Below are positions 1-12,410 of a stretch of 64,000 bases of DNA, one piece after another. Position numbers and translations under genes: made by a program. The stretch covers positions 32,001 through 96,000 of the forward strand of contig JBCCQQ010000003.1 in assembly GCA_039024555.1 (NCBI GenBank), read 5' to 3'. Under the pieces are notes generated by a model that saw nothing but the letters and a program-made list of their open reading frames with translations, was not told where the DNA came from and searched no databases. How positions within the stretch are numbered: the first letter of the stretch is position 1; each line of letters starts with the position of its first letter. Source of the stretch: Cyanobacteria bacterium P01_D01_bin.156. GTDB taxonomy: Bacteria > Cyanobacteriota > Cyanobacteriia > Phormidesmidales > Phormidesmidaceae.

Positions 1-208
1 CAGAGGATGGTGGATCAGATTGCTGCTCAGACGATGTGGAGACAGTATCGGCTTTGGCCGGTTGAGGTTGGCTAGCGATCGCCAGACTCAGACCAGCCAT
101 GATTGCCAGAGGCCAGGAAAATTCACTGCACCAGGGCAACCCAGTCACCCAGGTAAATACCTGGATTCCTATATACGTATAGACAACTGTTGCAGCCCAC
201 AAACGCAT
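1..208 (-). CDS. Partial small membrane protein that runs off the window start; not in the ORF track
   Basis: Manual translation from ATG at 208 gives MRLWAATVVYTYIGIQVFTWVTGLPWCSEFSWPLAIMAGLSLAIASQPQPAKADTVSTSSEQQSDPPSS..., open to position 1. It has two hydrophobic segments followed by a polar tail. Confidence 0.6.
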   Translation of the reverse strand, partial: MRLWAATVVYTYIGIQVFTWVTGLPWCSEFSWPLAIMAGLSLAIASQPQPAKADTVSTSSEQQSDPPSS

Positions 209-553
209 TACGTCTTACCGATAGCCATGTTGCTTTTTTATCACACCTTCCAAGTATGGTTACTAAATTAAGGATTCAACGCTCTAATTTAGCCTTTGAT
301 GGAGCAGGCTCTTTCAGATGCCCCAATTTGTAAGCTCAGTGACGCTGTCGTAAAGACATCAAAGAAATTCAAGAACGGGGTTTACAAGCAACTGAAATCA
401 TCTAGTTTTGGATGCTAGATGATTTGATTGCATAAGATTCGAGCAATTTTCGATTATCTGGCGGCTAGAGTATAGCAATAGCGCTAGAGTGGGATAAGCG
501 GTAACGCATATAAAATAACATCATCTATTCAATCAAAAATTACTAGGAATATC

Positions 554-1357
554 GTGGACGCTGCATTCAAAGGAATTATTCGGCTATCAAAGCGGGAAAT
601 TGAACAAATGCGCAAGGCCTGTCAATTGGCTGCGCGTCTATTAGATCACCTAGAGCCAATGGTAAAACCAGGTGTCAGCACCCTGGAACTGAATGATGAA
701 GCAGAGCGCTGGACCCAAGCTCATGACGCGAAAAGTGCTCCCCTAGGCTATCCCGGTGGAGAAGGCATAGACCCTTTTCCAAAATCAATTTGCACCAGCG
801 TTAATGAAGTTGTTTGTCATGGCATCCCCAATGCTAAGCAAATTCTCAAGGACGGCGACATCATTAACATTGACGTTACCCCTGTCTTAAATGGCTACCA
901 CGGCGACACTTCCCGTACATTTTTAGTGGGTGATGTTTCGCCTCAAGCTCGTCAGCTGGTTAAGGTAACCGAAGAGTCCATGTATCGAGGAATTCAGGCT
1001 GTGAAGCCCGGTGCTCGCGTGGGTGATATTGGTGCCGCCATTCAAGCCTATGCTGAAGCGGAAGGGTTTTCTGTCGTGCGTGATTTTGTCGGGCATGGCG
1101 TACACCGCATTTTCCACACTGAGCCTCAGATCCCCCACTACGGAACCGCTGGCAAAGGTAAGAAGCTGTCTCCAGGTATGGTGTTTACCATCGAACCCAT
1201 GATCAACGTGGGTCACTATGAAGTTGAGTTGCTGCCTGATGGCTGGACCGCCGTGACTAAGGACCGTAAGCTAACAGCACAGTTTGAACATACCGTTGTT
1301 GTTACGAAGGAAGGTGTAGAGATTTTGACCAAGGCACCGGTGGCAGCTGCAGTCTAG
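554..1357 (+). CDS. map: Type I methionine aminopeptidase
   Basis: Motifs CTSVNEVVCHGIP, DIINIDVT, GDTSRT, GHGV, FTIEPM and AQFEHT contain the metal ligands. Confidence 0.97.
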   Translation: MDAAFKGIIRLSKREIEQMRKACQLAARLLDHLEPMVKPGVSTLELNDEAERWTQAHDAKSAPLGYPGGEGIDPFPKSICTSVNEVVCHGIPNAKQILKDGDIINIDVTPVLNGYHGDTSRTFLVGDVSPQARQLVKVTEESMYRGIQAVKPGARVGDIGAAIQAYAEAEGFSVVRDFVGHGVHRIFHTEPQIPHYGTAGKGKKLSPGMVFTIEPMINVGHYEVELLPDGWTAVTKDRKLTAQFEHTVVVTKEGVEILTKAPVAAAV

Positions 1358-1394
1358 GGTATGTCGCGCAACGTCACTTTTCATCTCCAAACCC

Positions 1395-1946
1395 ATGCCT
1401 AGAGTTCTGCCCTTCCTTCTGCTGTTACTCACTGCCTGTACCATGACTCCAGAAGCACCTATTCCTAATAATGCTTCCACGCCTGCAGTTGAGGCAGTTC
1501 CTGAGGCTTTAGTAGAACCGGTAATTGTGGAATCTGCCACTACCCCAACCGACAGCAATGGTTTACCAGTAGCAGATATCGTTTCTGTGGCCGTTACCGG
1601 TGAACCTGGCAACTATACGTTTGCAACCACCATCAGTAGTGCTGATACTGGCTGTGAGCAATATGCAGACTGGTGGGAGGTCGCTGATTTAGACACTGGC
1701 AAACTAATCTATCGGCGGATTTTAGCCCACAGCCATACTAACGAGCAGCCGTTTACCCGCAGCGGTGGCCCTGTGCCCATCCGCTCAGATCAAGCTGTAG
1801 TGATCCGCGGTCATATGGGTGGAGTCAAGAGTAACTATGGTGGACAAGTGCTAAGTGGCTCTGTTGATAGCGGCTTTGCACCCGTTGAGGATTCTCTACC
1901 TAGCTTAGAGTCCACTCCTCCTCTACCGACAGGATGTGCATTTTAG
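1395..1946 (+). CDS. Hypothetical lipoprotein
   Basis: Signal peptide with lipobox LLTAC, then a Pro/Glu-rich linker and a compact domain containing DTGCEQYADWWEV and LAHSHTNEQPFTRS. Confidence 0.7.
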   Translation: MPRVLPFLLLLLTACTMTPEAPIPNNASTPAVEAVPEALVEPVIVESATTPTDSNGLPVADIVSVAVTGEPGNYTFATTISSADTGCEQYADWWEVADLDTGKLIYRRILAHSHTNEQPFTRSGGPVPIRSDQAVVIRGHMGGVKSNYGGQVLSGSVDSGFAPVEDSLPSLESTPPLPTGCAF

Positions 1947-2186
1947 AATCACGGGCTGCGATCGCACAATAAATTGCTAATCCTATACCCAGTAATGAAT
2001 AGGTTCCCAGCCGAATTCAAATCAACGGCGTTATCTTTAGCAGTCGGCTAAATGTTTCACCAAAGTCACATTTCATAACAAGAGCCTCAGTCACTTTAGC
2101 CAAAGGACAACACTCTTCCTCAAAGGGCTTACCTTTTGAGACGTGATACTAAATCTTGACCTGCTCTTACAAAGCCACATCAAAAC

Positions 2187-2225
2187 CTATAAAGCCGGGT
2201 AAGTATTGCTTACCCGGCTTTATAG
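2187..2225. terminator. 17-bp stem-loop, likely a terminator for clpB and possibly bidirectional
   Basis: CTATAAAGCCGGGTAAG-tattg-CTTACCCGGCTTTATAG has perfect arms and lies 27 nt past the clpB stop, between convergent genes. Confidence 0.75.
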
Positions 2226-2252
2226 ACGGAGTAAAACGGCTATCTGCAATTT

Positions 2253-4865
2253 TTAAACTGTCACGTTCACCTCAAATAGCAGTCGCTCATTTTCAACACT
2301 CACAACAACAGTATCTCCCCCCTTGTAATCTCCTCGGAGAATGCCCTTGGCAATTGCCGTCTCCAACTCTCGTTGGATTGCCCGCTTGAGAGGTCTTGCC
2401 CCATACACCGGGTCATACCCCACCTCGGCTAAGAAATCTAAAGCTGCTTCCGATAGCTCTAGGCCAATCTTTTGATTCGCCAAACGCTTTGCCAAAGCTT
2501 TTACCTGAAGTTTGACAATCTCTCGTAGCTGAGACTTTTGTAAACTGTGGAAGATAATCATCTCATCCACTCGATTAAGAAATTCAGGCCGAAAATTAGA
2601 GCGCAAGGCATCCATGACTCGGCTACGCATCTCCTCATAGCGGCTATCATCTCCAGCCACATCAAGAATAAACTGTGAGCCAATATTGCTGGTCATAATG
2701 ATCACCGAATTCTTGAAGTCTACGGTACGACCTTGGGAATCGGTCACACGACCATCATCCAAAATCTGCAACATAATGTTGAACACATCAGGATGAGCCT
2801 TTTCAATCTCATCAAAGAGAATTACGGAGTAAGGACGCCGCCGTAGTGCTTCTGTCAGCTGACCACCTTCGTCGTAACCTACATATCCAGGAGGAGCACC
2901 AATCAGACGCGATACTGAATGCTTTTCCATATATTCCGACATATCGATGCGGACAATGGCTTCTTCAGTATCAAATAAATAGCTGGCAAGAGCCTTAGCC
3001 AGTTCGGTTTTGCCCACGCCCGTAGGTCCAAGAAAGATAAAACTAGCCGTGGGGCGGTTAGGATCAGCCAACCCGGCCCGAGATCGCTGAATCGCATCAG
3101 CCACAGCAGTCACCGCTTCATCTTGGCCAATCACTCGCTGATGGAGTTCTTCCTCCAGGAACAATAGCTTCTGCATCTCTGACTGCACCAGCTTGCTAAT
3201 GGGAATGCCGGTCCACTTAGAAATAATCTCGGCAATATCTTCCTCGGTGACTTCTTCTCGCAACAACGTTGTCCCACTGGATTGGGATTCAGCAAGCTGT
3301 TGCTCAGCATAGGCTACTTTATCCTGCAGTTCATTCAGCTTTCCGTACTTCAGTTCAGCAGCACGATTGTAATCATAGTCTCGCTCCGCCTGGGCAATTT
3401 CGATATTGACCTTATCAATCTCTTCCTTAATCACTTGGATTTGATCGATACCGTCTTTCTCAGACTGCCACTGGGCATTTAAAGAAGTTTGATCCTCTTT
3501 AAGGTTAGCCAATTCTTTCTCTAGACGGTCCAGTCTCTCCACAGAACCTGCATCGGTTTCATTCTTTAAAGAGAGTCGTTCCATCTCCAGCTGCAGGATC
3601 TTACGATCCACTTCATCGAGCTCTTCAGGTTTGGAGGTGATCTCCATTTTCAGCTTAGCGGCAGCTTCATCCACAAGATCAATGGCTTTGTCCGGTAGAA
3701 AGCGATCGCTAATATACCGCGTTGATAATGTTGCCGCAGCGACCAGGGCGTTGTCCGCAATTGTCACACCATGATGCAGTTCATACCGTTCTTTAAGCCC
3801 CCGCAAAATAGAAATGGTATCGGGTACCGATGGCTGATCCACATAGACCTGCTGGAAGCGACGCTCCAAGGCCGCATCTTTTTCAATGTACTGGCGATAT
3901 TCGTCCAGGGTAGTGGCTCCAATACAGCGCAGTTCACCGCGGGCCAGCATGGGTTTGAGTAGGTTACCCGCATCCATAGCACCTTGGGTAGCCCCAGCAC
4001 CAACAACAGTATGAATTTCGTCGATAAATAGAATTATTTGCCCCTTAGAATCGGTCACTTCCTTCAGGACAGCTTTTAAACGCTCTTCGAATTCACCACG
4101 ATATTTTGCTCCGGCAATCAGAGCGCCCATATCTAGAGCAATCAGTTTGCGATCGCGTAGCGACTGGGGCACATCATTGTTGAGAATCCGCTGGGCCATG
4201 CCCTCAGCAATGGCCGTTTTGCCCACCCCCGGTTCACCAATGAGCACCGGATTATTTTTTGTACGACGGGACAAAATTTGAATCGTGCGCCGAATTTCAT
4301 CATCTCGACCAATAACCGGATCTAACCGTCCCTCGCGAGCATATTCTGTCAAATCACGACCATATTTCTCTAGCGCTTCATATTTACCTTCAGGATTTTG
4401 ATCCGTCACCTTTTGATGCCCTCGCACTTGTTGAACAGCAGTCTTGAGCTGCTTAGCGTTAATGCCAGCCTCCCGCAACAGGGATTTCCCAAAGCGAGCA
4501 TCCTCTGGATAACCCAGCAGCAAGTGCTCAATGGAAATGTAATCGTCTTCAAACTCTTGGCGCAGTGCCTCGGAACGATCCAGCAGTGTATTTAATGCCC
4601 GCCCCAGATAGATATTGTCGCTCTGACTTTTAAGCTGAGGCTGTTTACGGAGAAACGCTTCAGTACCGTTACGGATTTTCTCAACCGAAGCACCCGCTTT
4701 TTGAAAAACGCGGCTGGCCAGCCCATCCTGCTCAAGCAGTGCCAACATCAAATGTTCAGTTTCAATTTGCTGATGCTGCCATTGCTTAGCTAGATCAGTA
4801 GTAGCTGCGATCGCAGCATAGGCCCGCTCGGTAAATTGATTCGGATTTGATGGTTGCATCGCCAA
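2253..4865 (-). CDS. clpB: ATP-dependent chaperone ClpB
   Basis: Clp N-domain, two AAA+ modules ([16 protein letters not shown]), coiled-coil middle domain and GARPLKR; 870 aa. Confidence 0.98.
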   Translation of the reverse strand: MAMQPSNPNQFTERAYAAIAATTDLAKQWQHQQIETEHLMLALLEQDGLASRVFQKAGASVEKIRNGTEAFLRKQPQLKSQSDNIYLGRALNTLLDRSEALRQEFEDDYISIEHLLLGYPEDARFGKSLLREAGINAKQLKTAVQQVRGHQKVTDQNPEGKYEALEKYGRDLTEYAREGRLDPVIGRDDEIRRTIQILSRRTKNNPVLIGEPGVGKTAIAEGMAQRILNNDVPQSLRDRKLIALDMGALIAGAKYRGEFEERLKAVLKEVTDSKGQIILFIDEIHTVVGAGATQGAMDAGNLLKPMLARGELRCIGATTLDEYRQYIEKDAALERRFQQVYVDQPSVPDTISILRGLKERYELHHGVTIADNALVAAATLSTRYISDRFLPDKAIDLVDEAAAKLKMEITSKPEELDEVDRKILQLEMERLSLKNETDAGSVERLDRLEKELANLKEDQTSLNAQWQSEKDGIDQIQVIKEEIDKVNIEIAQAERDYDYNRAAELKYGKLNELQDKVAYAEQQLAESQSSGTTLLREEVTEEDIAEIISKWTGIPISKLVQSEMQKLLFLEEELHQRVIGQDEAVTAVADAIQRSRAGLADPNRPTASFIFLGPTGVGKTELAKALASYLFDTEEAIVRIDMSEYMEKHSVSRLIGAPPGYVGYDEGGQLTEALRRRPYSVILFDEIEKAHPDVFNIMLQILDDGRVTDSQGRTVDFKNSVIIMTSNIGSQFILDVAGDDSRYEEMRSRVMDALRSNFRPEFLNRVDEMIIFHSLQKSQLREIVKLQVKALAKRLANQKIGLELSEAALDFLAEVGYDPVYGARPLKRAIQRELETAIAKGILRGDYKGGDTVVVSVENERLLFEVNVTV

Positions 4866-5173
4866 ACCTCCTGTCGCATGTCTGCATTCTAGGCAAAGAC
4901 TTCTCCCTTCGATGGTCGGTGTTCACCCAGGGTTAAGGTAGGTATTGCCGCCCATGGGGACATTGCAAAAATTGAGCTGTTCCGTCCTTAGTAACTGCTG
5001 AAAAGCGGGTATGTTTACAGGGGTGCTGCAGCTCTAACACCAGAAGAACTCACTTGATATATCAAGAGAAATCTGTATTTTGAAGAAGGCGTTACTGATC
5101 CTTGATGCAGCTCACATCTGCCCCTTAGTTGAACAGTGTTCACTAAGGCAGACAACTCATCACATCAGCAACG

Positions 5174-6292
5174 GTGAAAACGTGTGTTAACTCGCTAGAA
5201 ATTTTGCCAAATCTTCCCCCACGAGACTCTGAGCCGCTGCATTCCGCACTGCGTCAGACCCTATATTCCACCTATTGCGAGCAGCAACCCCTGCGACGGC
5301 TATCTCGTACCTTTTCACCGTTAGCATTTATTCGCTTTCTCAGCTATATCGACACCCAAACAGTCCGTACTGTGGTCCAAGCCACACTGCAGCGACGGTT
5401 ACCTAGCTTAGCCTCAGAAATGGCTTACAACGCCATGTTAGGGCTGTTTCCAGGTATTCTGGCTATGCTGACAGCCATTGGGCTGGTTACCTCCCTGGAA
5501 AATACCTTTAATCGGTTAGCCATGAGTCTGAGTGAGGTAGCACCAGGAGCGGTCAATGAGCTCATCCAAAACTTTGCTGAGGAAGTCAGTGCTGGAGAAA
5601 ATAAAGGCCTCTTTTCCTTGAGTTTTGTCATCGCCCTTTGGGCATCGTCTGGAGCCATTAGTGCTGCCATGCGAGCCCTTGATGAAATTCACCAAATCCC
5701 GATTGAACAGCGCCGCCCTTTTTGGAAGTCACGTTTGCTTTCCATCGGTCTGACTATCGGCACTATTCTGCTGCTAATGACGGCATCCTACCTAGTATTT
5801 ATTAGCGCAGGCGTTATCAAACTACTGGCTCAGCAAAGTGGAGACACCGTCGGTGTCTGGGTGCTACGTATTTGGGAATTGCTCACATGGCCACTGGCCC
5901 TAGGCATCGTTTCCAGTGCCTTTGCATTTGTCTACCGCTTTGGTCCGAGTCGTTGGACTCGCGGTAAACCACTGATGCCAGGGGCCGTCTTGGCAGCCCT
6001 ATCATGGGCATTATTGTCAGCCTCGTTTCGTATGTACGTCGCACAGTTTGGCAACTACAACAAGGTTTACGGTGCTATTGGTACAGTGATCGTCTTACTA
6101 CTATGGCTATTTTTAACATCCTTGGTAATGTTGATTGGCGATCAGCTCAATGTAATCGTAGGCGAATTGATGATTAACGGTCCTCAGATGCCACCGATTC
6201 ACCGCAATCGTCAGCATAGTAAAAAATATCGCACATCCAATCAGCTACCTAGCCTGAATAAGTCCACCATCAACAAAGATCGACATCGGTAG
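5174..6292 (+). CDS. YihY/virulence factor BrkB family membrane protein
   Basis: Motifs ASEMAYNAMLGLFP and YNKVYGAIGTVIVLLLWLFL with multiple TM helices. The start codon is uncertain. Confidence 0.88.
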   Translation: MKTCVNSLEILPNLPPRDSEPLHSALRQTLYSTYCEQQPLRRLSRTFSPLAFIRFLSYIDTQTVRTVVQATLQRRLPSLASEMAYNAMLGLFPGILAMLTAIGLVTSLENTFNRLAMSLSEVAPGAVNELIQNFAEEVSAGENKGLFSLSFVIALWASSGAISAAMRALDEIHQIPIEQRRPFWKSRLLSIGLTIGTILLLMTASYLVFISAGVIKLLAQQSGDTVGVWVLRIWELLTWPLALGIVSSAFAFVYRFGPSRWTRGKPLMPGAVLAALSWALLSASFRMYVAQFGNYNKVYGAIGTVIVLLLWLFLTSLVMLIGDQLNVIVGELMINGPQMPPIHRNRQHSKKYRTSNQLPSLNKSTINKDRHR

Positions 6293-6446
6293 GCAATGAC
6301 CACTCCAGACTGTCGCCTGTGCAACCATATTTTTCTCCCAGGACGGTTATCCAACCTATTCATTACCTGGTTCAACCGCCACAAAATTATCTATAACAGA
6401 AGATAGAACCTCAGTACGGTAAGCCACCTCACCCTCAAGCAGCCCC

Positions 6447-6932
6447 ATGGATAAGCTCTATGCGATGGAAGATGCCCAGCGAATTTTGCAAATTGCGATC
6501 GCGCAAGAAACAGAATCCGGTGAGCTAACCCAACAACAGCTGTTAGAAATTGCCGAGGAACTGAACATTAGTCCAACGACCCTGGTAGCCGCTGAACAAC
6601 AGTGGCAAACACTGAAATCCCAAGCTGCAGACCATCGTCTCTTCCAAACTCAAAGACGACAAAAATTACAGAGCCAGCTGGGACGCTACACCATCATCGT
6701 TAGCTTTCTAATAGTGCTCGATTTTTTAACGCCTGGAGGTTCATTTTTAGGCCATTTGGGCTTTTCACTCTATGTCGCCTTGATATGGGGATTAGGCCTA
6801 TCGCTCAAAGCTTGGCGTACACTGCAAACCTCAGGGGAACGATATGAACGTGACCTCAACCAATGGCAACGTAAACGCAGTATGCGTCGAACCATTGACG
6901 GAGTCGTTAATCGCTTTCTAGGTCCCACCTAG
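6447..6932 (+). CDS. 2TM domain-containing protein
   Basis: N-terminal QLLEIAEELNIS motif and two TM helices ending in WGLGL, a typical cyanobacterial architecture. Confidence 0.75.
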   Translation: MDKLYAMEDAQRILQIAIAQETESGELTQQQLLEIAEELNISPTTLVAAEQQWQTLKSQAADHRLFQTQRRQKLQSQLGRYTIIVSFLIVLDFLTPGGSFLGHLGFSLYVALIWGLGLSLKAWRTLQTSGERYERDLNQWQRKRSMRRTIDGVVNRFLGPT

Positions 6933-7273
6933 TCCTTAAGTCTTGTATGTGTCGATTCACCTAACCACCAACCATGGAACCGTTCTAAGAGTGCTTGAAA
7001 TTTAAAGCTTGTGTAAAGAGCACAATCATTGGCTTCTCGCCTCAGTACATCAATACAAACCGTTACAAAGCTTACAATCCAAGCCTATCAAGCCGAACTT
7101 GGAGCCCTGCCAATCTCAACGGAATGCAAGCTCAGGATAGGTCAGACTAATTTTGATGAATTTTGCTGTTAGATTACAAAATCAGTTGCACTTTTTTGGC
7201 AATCCTGCAATGATACGAGACACAAGGTTGGTTGTGTGTTCCTTGTTGATTTAATTTTATAGCTGCAGATTGT

Positions 7274-7729
7274 GTGCCTAGAGACATCACCAATCTGCAG
7301 CTATTTGACTTTAAAGGCTTTATCCAACCTCCCCACATCACTCTCAGATCTGTGACTATCTGCCCTAACTCCACAGCCAAGAAGCGACATTTTATTCAGG
7401 TCTGTCAGTATCGCAGCTGTCAGCGATTTCAGTCAATCGACGTGCTAACAGCACTCAAACACTATGCCAGCGATACTTTAATGGTCTCTGCCAGTTCTTG
7501 TTTAGGACAGTGTGGTTCGGGACCGACCGTCAGAGTATCACCTGACAATGTTTGGTATTGCCGAGTACGCCCGCAGGATGTCGATACCATTATGGAGCAG
7601 CACATCCAGAACGGAAAACCGGTCAAGCAATTGCTGCATCCACGTTTTCACCCCGACTACGGACATTTGCTCGACCGCCTGAAAGCTGCTCAGTCAGATT
7701 CTCCGCCGTCAGAATCTACATCAGATTAA
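7274..7729 (+). CDS. Thioredoxin-like [2Fe-2S] ferredoxin family protein
   Basis: VCQYRSC...SSCLGQCGSGPTV...WYCRV Cys pattern. The real start is probably downstream of 7274. Confidence 0.8.
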   Translation: MPRDITNLQLFDFKGFIQPPHITLRSVTICPNSTAKKRHFIQVCQYRSCQRFQSIDVLTALKHYASDTLMVSASSCLGQCGSGPTVRVSPDNVWYCRVRPQDVDTIMEQHIQNGKPVKQLLHPRFHPDYGHLLDRLKAAQSDSPPSESTSD

Positions 7730-7805
7730 CAAAGTGGGCTTCACAAATAGCGATTCCCCAGTGGAGAACCGGAGTATACTAAAGAAGTTGCCGCCCTGCC
7801 GCACT

Positions 7806-8240
7806 GTGGAACTCTCTTGCAAAAGTGAATACGCTCTCCTTGCCTTGCTAGAGCTCAGTCTAAACTACGACCAGGGAGCTCCCCTACAAATCCGTCAAAT
7901 CGCAGCTCAACAAAATATTCCTGACCGCTATCTAGAGCAGCTGCTAGCTACCCTCAGACGAGCGGGGTTTGTCAAAAGTCAGCGGGGGGCCAAAGGAGGG
8001 TATTTACTAGCCCAGGCACCTTGGACCATAGTTCTATTGGACGTTGTGAATTGTATCGAGGGTCTAGAAAATAAAGACGAGGCAGGCGATGCTGTACTGA
8101 CGACAGAGCGGCAAGTCGTACGTGCCTTCTGGAGCAATGTCCAAACTGCTGCTCATGAAGTGCTTTCTGCCCACACTCTTCAAGATTTGGTAGAACAGCG
8201 TAACGCCAAGCATCAAGTCGACTTGATGTATTACATTTAG
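7806..8240 (+). CDS. Rrf2 family transcriptional regulator, CymR-like
   Basis: ELSCKSEYALLAL and YLEQLLATLRRAGFVKSQRGAKGGY match the Rrf2 winged HTH. There is no IscR-type Cys triad, and the C-terminus is LMYYI. GTG at 7806 is preferred over the ORF-track start at 7734. Confidence 0.9.
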   Translation: MELSCKSEYALLALLELSLNYDQGAPLQIRQIAAQQNIPDRYLEQLLATLRRAGFVKSQRGAKGGYLLAQAPWTIVLLDVVNCIEGLENKDEAGDAVLTTERQVVRAFWSNVQTAAHEVLSAHTLQDLVEQRNAKHQVDLMYYI

Positions 8241-8255
8241 CGCCGGGAATTGGCT

Positions 8256-9230
8256 ATGCGGATCGTCCAAAATATTACTGAACTAGTAGGCCATACGCCG
8301 CTGGTCCAACTTAATCGCATTCCTCAGACAGAGGGCTGTGTCGCTCAAATTGTGCTGAAACTGGAAGGGATGAATCCGTCTGCTTCAGTGAAGGACCGCA
8401 TTGGCGTCAATATGATCGCAACGGCAGAAGCAGCGGGCAAAATTCAGCCGGGGAAGACCACACTCGTGGAACCCACGTCAGGCAATACTGGTATTGCCCT
8501 GGCGATGGTATCAGCAGCTAAGGGATACCGACTGATTTTGACCATGCCAGAAACGATGAGTGCCGAACGTCGGGCGATGCTGCGAGCCTATGGTGCTGAA
8601 CTAGAGCTTACCCCCGGCACTGAAGGCATGGCAGGCTGTATTCAGCGGGCTCAACAAATTGTGGCGGCTACCCCTGATGCCTATATGCTGCAACAGTTTA
8701 GAAATCCTGCAAACCCAGACATGCACCGCAGCAGTACAGCTGAGGAAATTTGGGACGATACGGACGGGCAAGTAGATTTTTTGGTAGCAGGTGTAGGCAC
8801 GGGTGGCACGATTACCGGCGTTAGCGACGTACTCAAACAGCGAAAGCCAAGTTTTCAAGCGATCGCAGTTGAACCTGAAAATAGCCAGGTGCTAACTGGC
8901 GGCAACCCCGGCCCCCATAAGATCCAGGGAATTGGCGCAGGCTTTGTTCCAGATGTTCTGCAGGTAAAGCTGATAGACGAGGTGATTGCTGTAGGAGACG
9001 ATGATGCGATCTCATATGGTCGCCGTCTGGCTAAAGAAGAAGGCATCTTATCCGGCATTTCGAGTGGAGCTGCCCTCTGTGCAGCTATCAAAATTGGTCA
9101 ACGACCTGAAAATGCCAACAAGTTAATTGTTGTTATTCAGCCTAGCTTTGGTGAGCGCTATCTGAGTACGCCGCTCTTTCAGGATCCATCCCTGACGTCA
9201 TCCATTTCGTCCCTAGTGAACAGCCGTTAA
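8256..9230 (+). CDS. cysK: Cysteine synthase A
   Basis: SVKDRIG (PLP lysine), [25 protein letters not shown] and GERYLST. ATG at 8256. Confidence 0.97.
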   Translation: MRIVQNITELVGHTPLVQLNRIPQTEGCVAQIVLKLEGMNPSASVKDRIGVNMIATAEAAGKIQPGKTTLVEPTSGNTGIALAMVSAAKGYRLILTMPETMSAERRAMLRAYGAELELTPGTEGMAGCIQRAQQIVAATPDAYMLQQFRNPANPDMHRSSTAEEIWDDTDGQVDFLVAGVGTGGTITGVSDVLKQRKPSFQAIAVEPENSQVLTGGNPGPHKIQGIGAGFVPDVLQVKLIDEVIAVGDDDAISYGRRLAKEEGILSGISSGAALCAAIKIGQRPENANKLIVVIQPSFGERYLSTPLFQDPSLTSSISSLVNSR

Positions 9231-10025
9231 ACCCACAAGCATGGCAACCTCTACCCACTCCACCACAGCACCATAGGTATCGCCTGTATGGCCCCCCAGC
9301 TTGTGCGCTAACCAAGCTGACAGCATGACTGAACTACTGATACCGAGACACAGAGACATTAAGCCATAACGTACATCAAGCAATCCCAAAACCATCATCA
9401 GAGCCGTTATGCCCATGAGGCCCATTGCGGCAGGGAGCGTTTGCCAGAAAGACGGTACAGCTTTTTTATGAAACGCTCCCTTACCTTGGGACTTGAGGTA
9501 GGGATAGTTACCTATAGCCCACTGCTGTCCCCATCTTCCCCAGGCCGCGGCGGCTGTTAATGCAAACCAACGATGTTGCACGATTGTTTCTAAGGCAAAT
9601 ATTTTGAGGAGAATAATTGCGATCGCAATCATGACTCCGAATGCGCCCGCACGACTATCCGCCATGACAGTCAATCGCTGGCGAGCATCTTGTACAGCCA
9701 AACCATCTGCCGTATCCATCGCGCCATCCATATGCAAACCGCCTGTCAGCCACACACCCATTAAAACGAGCAACGCACTGCTTAGCAGCCCAGGCACTTC
9801 CAGCTTAAAAAATAACCAATCTAGTCCGCAGAGAAGGACACCCAAAGCTATACCAATCAGAGGAGCTATCAACGCAATATTTTTAAATTCCGCAGGCCAA
9901 CTTTGAGGTAAAGGTACCCTCGTGTAGAACAAAACTGCCCCATTCAGAGTTGCCCAAAATTGAGTCCCCCTCCGGAAGAGCCGCTGAAAGGCCCGGCCTG
10001 CTAATTTGCTAAATGTTGTCGACAT
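9213..10025 (-). CDS. cobS: Adenosylcobinamide-GDP ribazoletransferase (cobalamin synthase)
   Basis: [31 protein letters not shown] and [10 protein letters not shown]. Likely start is ATG 10025 (ORF extends to 10094). The 3' end overlaps cysK by 18 nt. Confidence 0.95.
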   Translation of the reverse strand: MSTTFSKLAGRAFQRLFRRGTQFWATLNGAVLFYTRVPLPQSWPAEFKNIALIAPLIGIALGVLLCGLDWLFFKLEVPGLLSSALLVLMGVWLTGGLHMDGAMDTADGLAVQDARQRLTVMADSRAGAFGVMIAIAIILLKIFALETIVQHRWFALTAAAAWGRWGQQWAIGNYPYLKSQGKGAFHKKAVPSFWQTLPAAMGLMGITALMMVLGLLDVRYGLMSLCLGISSSVMLSAWLAHKLGGHTGDTYGAVVEWVEVAMLVGLTAVH

Positions 10026-10383
10026 TCGATATTTTTTGCTTAGACATTCTGAACCGATGCAGTATTGCAAGGGTAATGCACTCTCTTCATCCACAATGCC
10101 TGGAACCTTAATCCCTTAAAAATAGCTTTTATGATGCCCACCATAGAGAAATAGTTCGTACCCGATCACCCCGGCAAATTGAATTGTTCAGTACTCTGGC
10201 TGAAGGCATTACGAAAATTTGCCGAATAGGATAGGGACCATAAGCTAACTCTTCCGGACACGATTATTTTTAACCTAGGCGTTCCAAATAATCAGATTTC
10301 ATCTATCTTGAATATAGATTGTTATTAGCCTCGGTGTTTCACGGGTCTGTCATTGAAAGAAGTACCCATCTACCGACTCTACT

Positions 10384-10842
10384 ATGAGCTACCAACCCTC
10401 AACGAAATCCCTACCAGCTCCCTGTCTTGTTGACACCGGAACCGTGATCAACAAGAACGATATGGTGCGTCTCTTACAACATTTGGGTCGTGTTCGGTAT
10501 GTCCACACCCAGGAAGAAAAACTTTTCAAAGAAGGTGAGGGCTATGTGGTTGAAGTCTTCAGTGACCCTCAACAAGCCACCCTAGTAGCTAACAGTAGTC
10601 TGTATCTAAACGTCACAAGTTTCGACTATATGGAGATAGGGCAGCTCGATGACAATCAAGCTTACTTCGATCTGATTCAAGAGAATCGTTGTCTACGCAT
10701 CTTGCCCTTATCTAGCCCACTGACTGAGCGCAATAGCTGCAACATTAACGATGCAACCCTTGAAGCTATGTTAGCTGAAGCTCTCACAGCTCGCTGGGAC
10801 GCATGCTTAGACGATGACAACAATAACAATTTTGCAAGCTAA
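10384..10842 (+). CDS. Conserved cyanobacterial hypothetical protein
   Basis: Clean 152-aa ORF with ATG start, upstream of tgt; no motif recognised. Confidence 0.75.
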   Translation: MSYQPSTKSLPAPCLVDTGTVINKNDMVRLLQHLGRVRYVHTQEEKLFKEGEGYVVEVFSDPQQATLVANSSLYLNVTSFDYMEIGQLDDNQAYFDLIQENRCLRILPLSSPLTERNSCNINDATLEAMLAEALTARWDACLDDDNNNNFAS

Positions 10843-10908
10843 GCAGGTTGTCTCCGATATAGCCAATCTAGTACGGTTGCTAAACAGCAGATACAGAGGA
10901 TAGCGTAA

Positions 10909-12069
<1,161 letters not shown>

Positions 12070-12126
12070 CATGTTAAGATGTGAATCAATTCTTAAGCAA
12101 ACTTTTGCCAACGTAGAGAGGTTTTC

Positions 12127-12264
12127 ATGGACGCAGTCCTAGTGTTAGCTAAACTCCCCGAAGCTTACCAAGCATTTGCTCCCTTGGTAGATATTTTGCC
12201 TATTTTGCCTGTCTTCTTTTTGCTTCTAGCGTTTGTTTGGCAAGCTTCCGTAGGATTTCGTTAA
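12127..12264 (+). CDS. psbK: Photosystem II reaction centre protein K; below the ORF-track size cutoff
   Basis: Manual translation gives [45 protein letters not shown], with an upstream GAGAGG ribosome-binding site. Confidence 0.97.
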   Translation: MDAVLVLAKLPEAYQAFAPLVDILPILPVFFLLLAFVWQASVGFR

Positions 12265-12410
12265 GTTCCAAGCAAACTCGATCACTTCTTAGGTACGTGC
12301 TCCTTATTTGCCGTTAAGCATTAATACTGGGAGTACTGTTAAGCCTAGAAGAGTTAACGAATAGGCGATTTGGTCAGTCAAACTTTGTTGTTTTCTTAAA
12401 TCTGATAGTT

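Noticed and set aside
20..271. 83-aa plus-strand ORF in the track
   Set aside because: It has a TTG start and no recognisable features, and it overlaps a more protein-like minus-strand ORF (1-208). Treated as a shadow ORF.
4866..5173. CIRCE/HrcA operator upstream of clpB
   Set aside because: No TTAGCACTC-N9-GAGTGCTAA is present. A lone TTAGCACTC half-site occurs near 31202 without a partner.
7052..7078. HLR1/RpaB-like TTACA repeats and a possible sRNA in 6933-7273
   Set aside because: The spacing and sequence match are imperfect, and I could not match any known sRNA.
10095..10383. Cobalamin riboswitch upstream of cobS
   Set aside because: No B12-box or recognisable conserved core.
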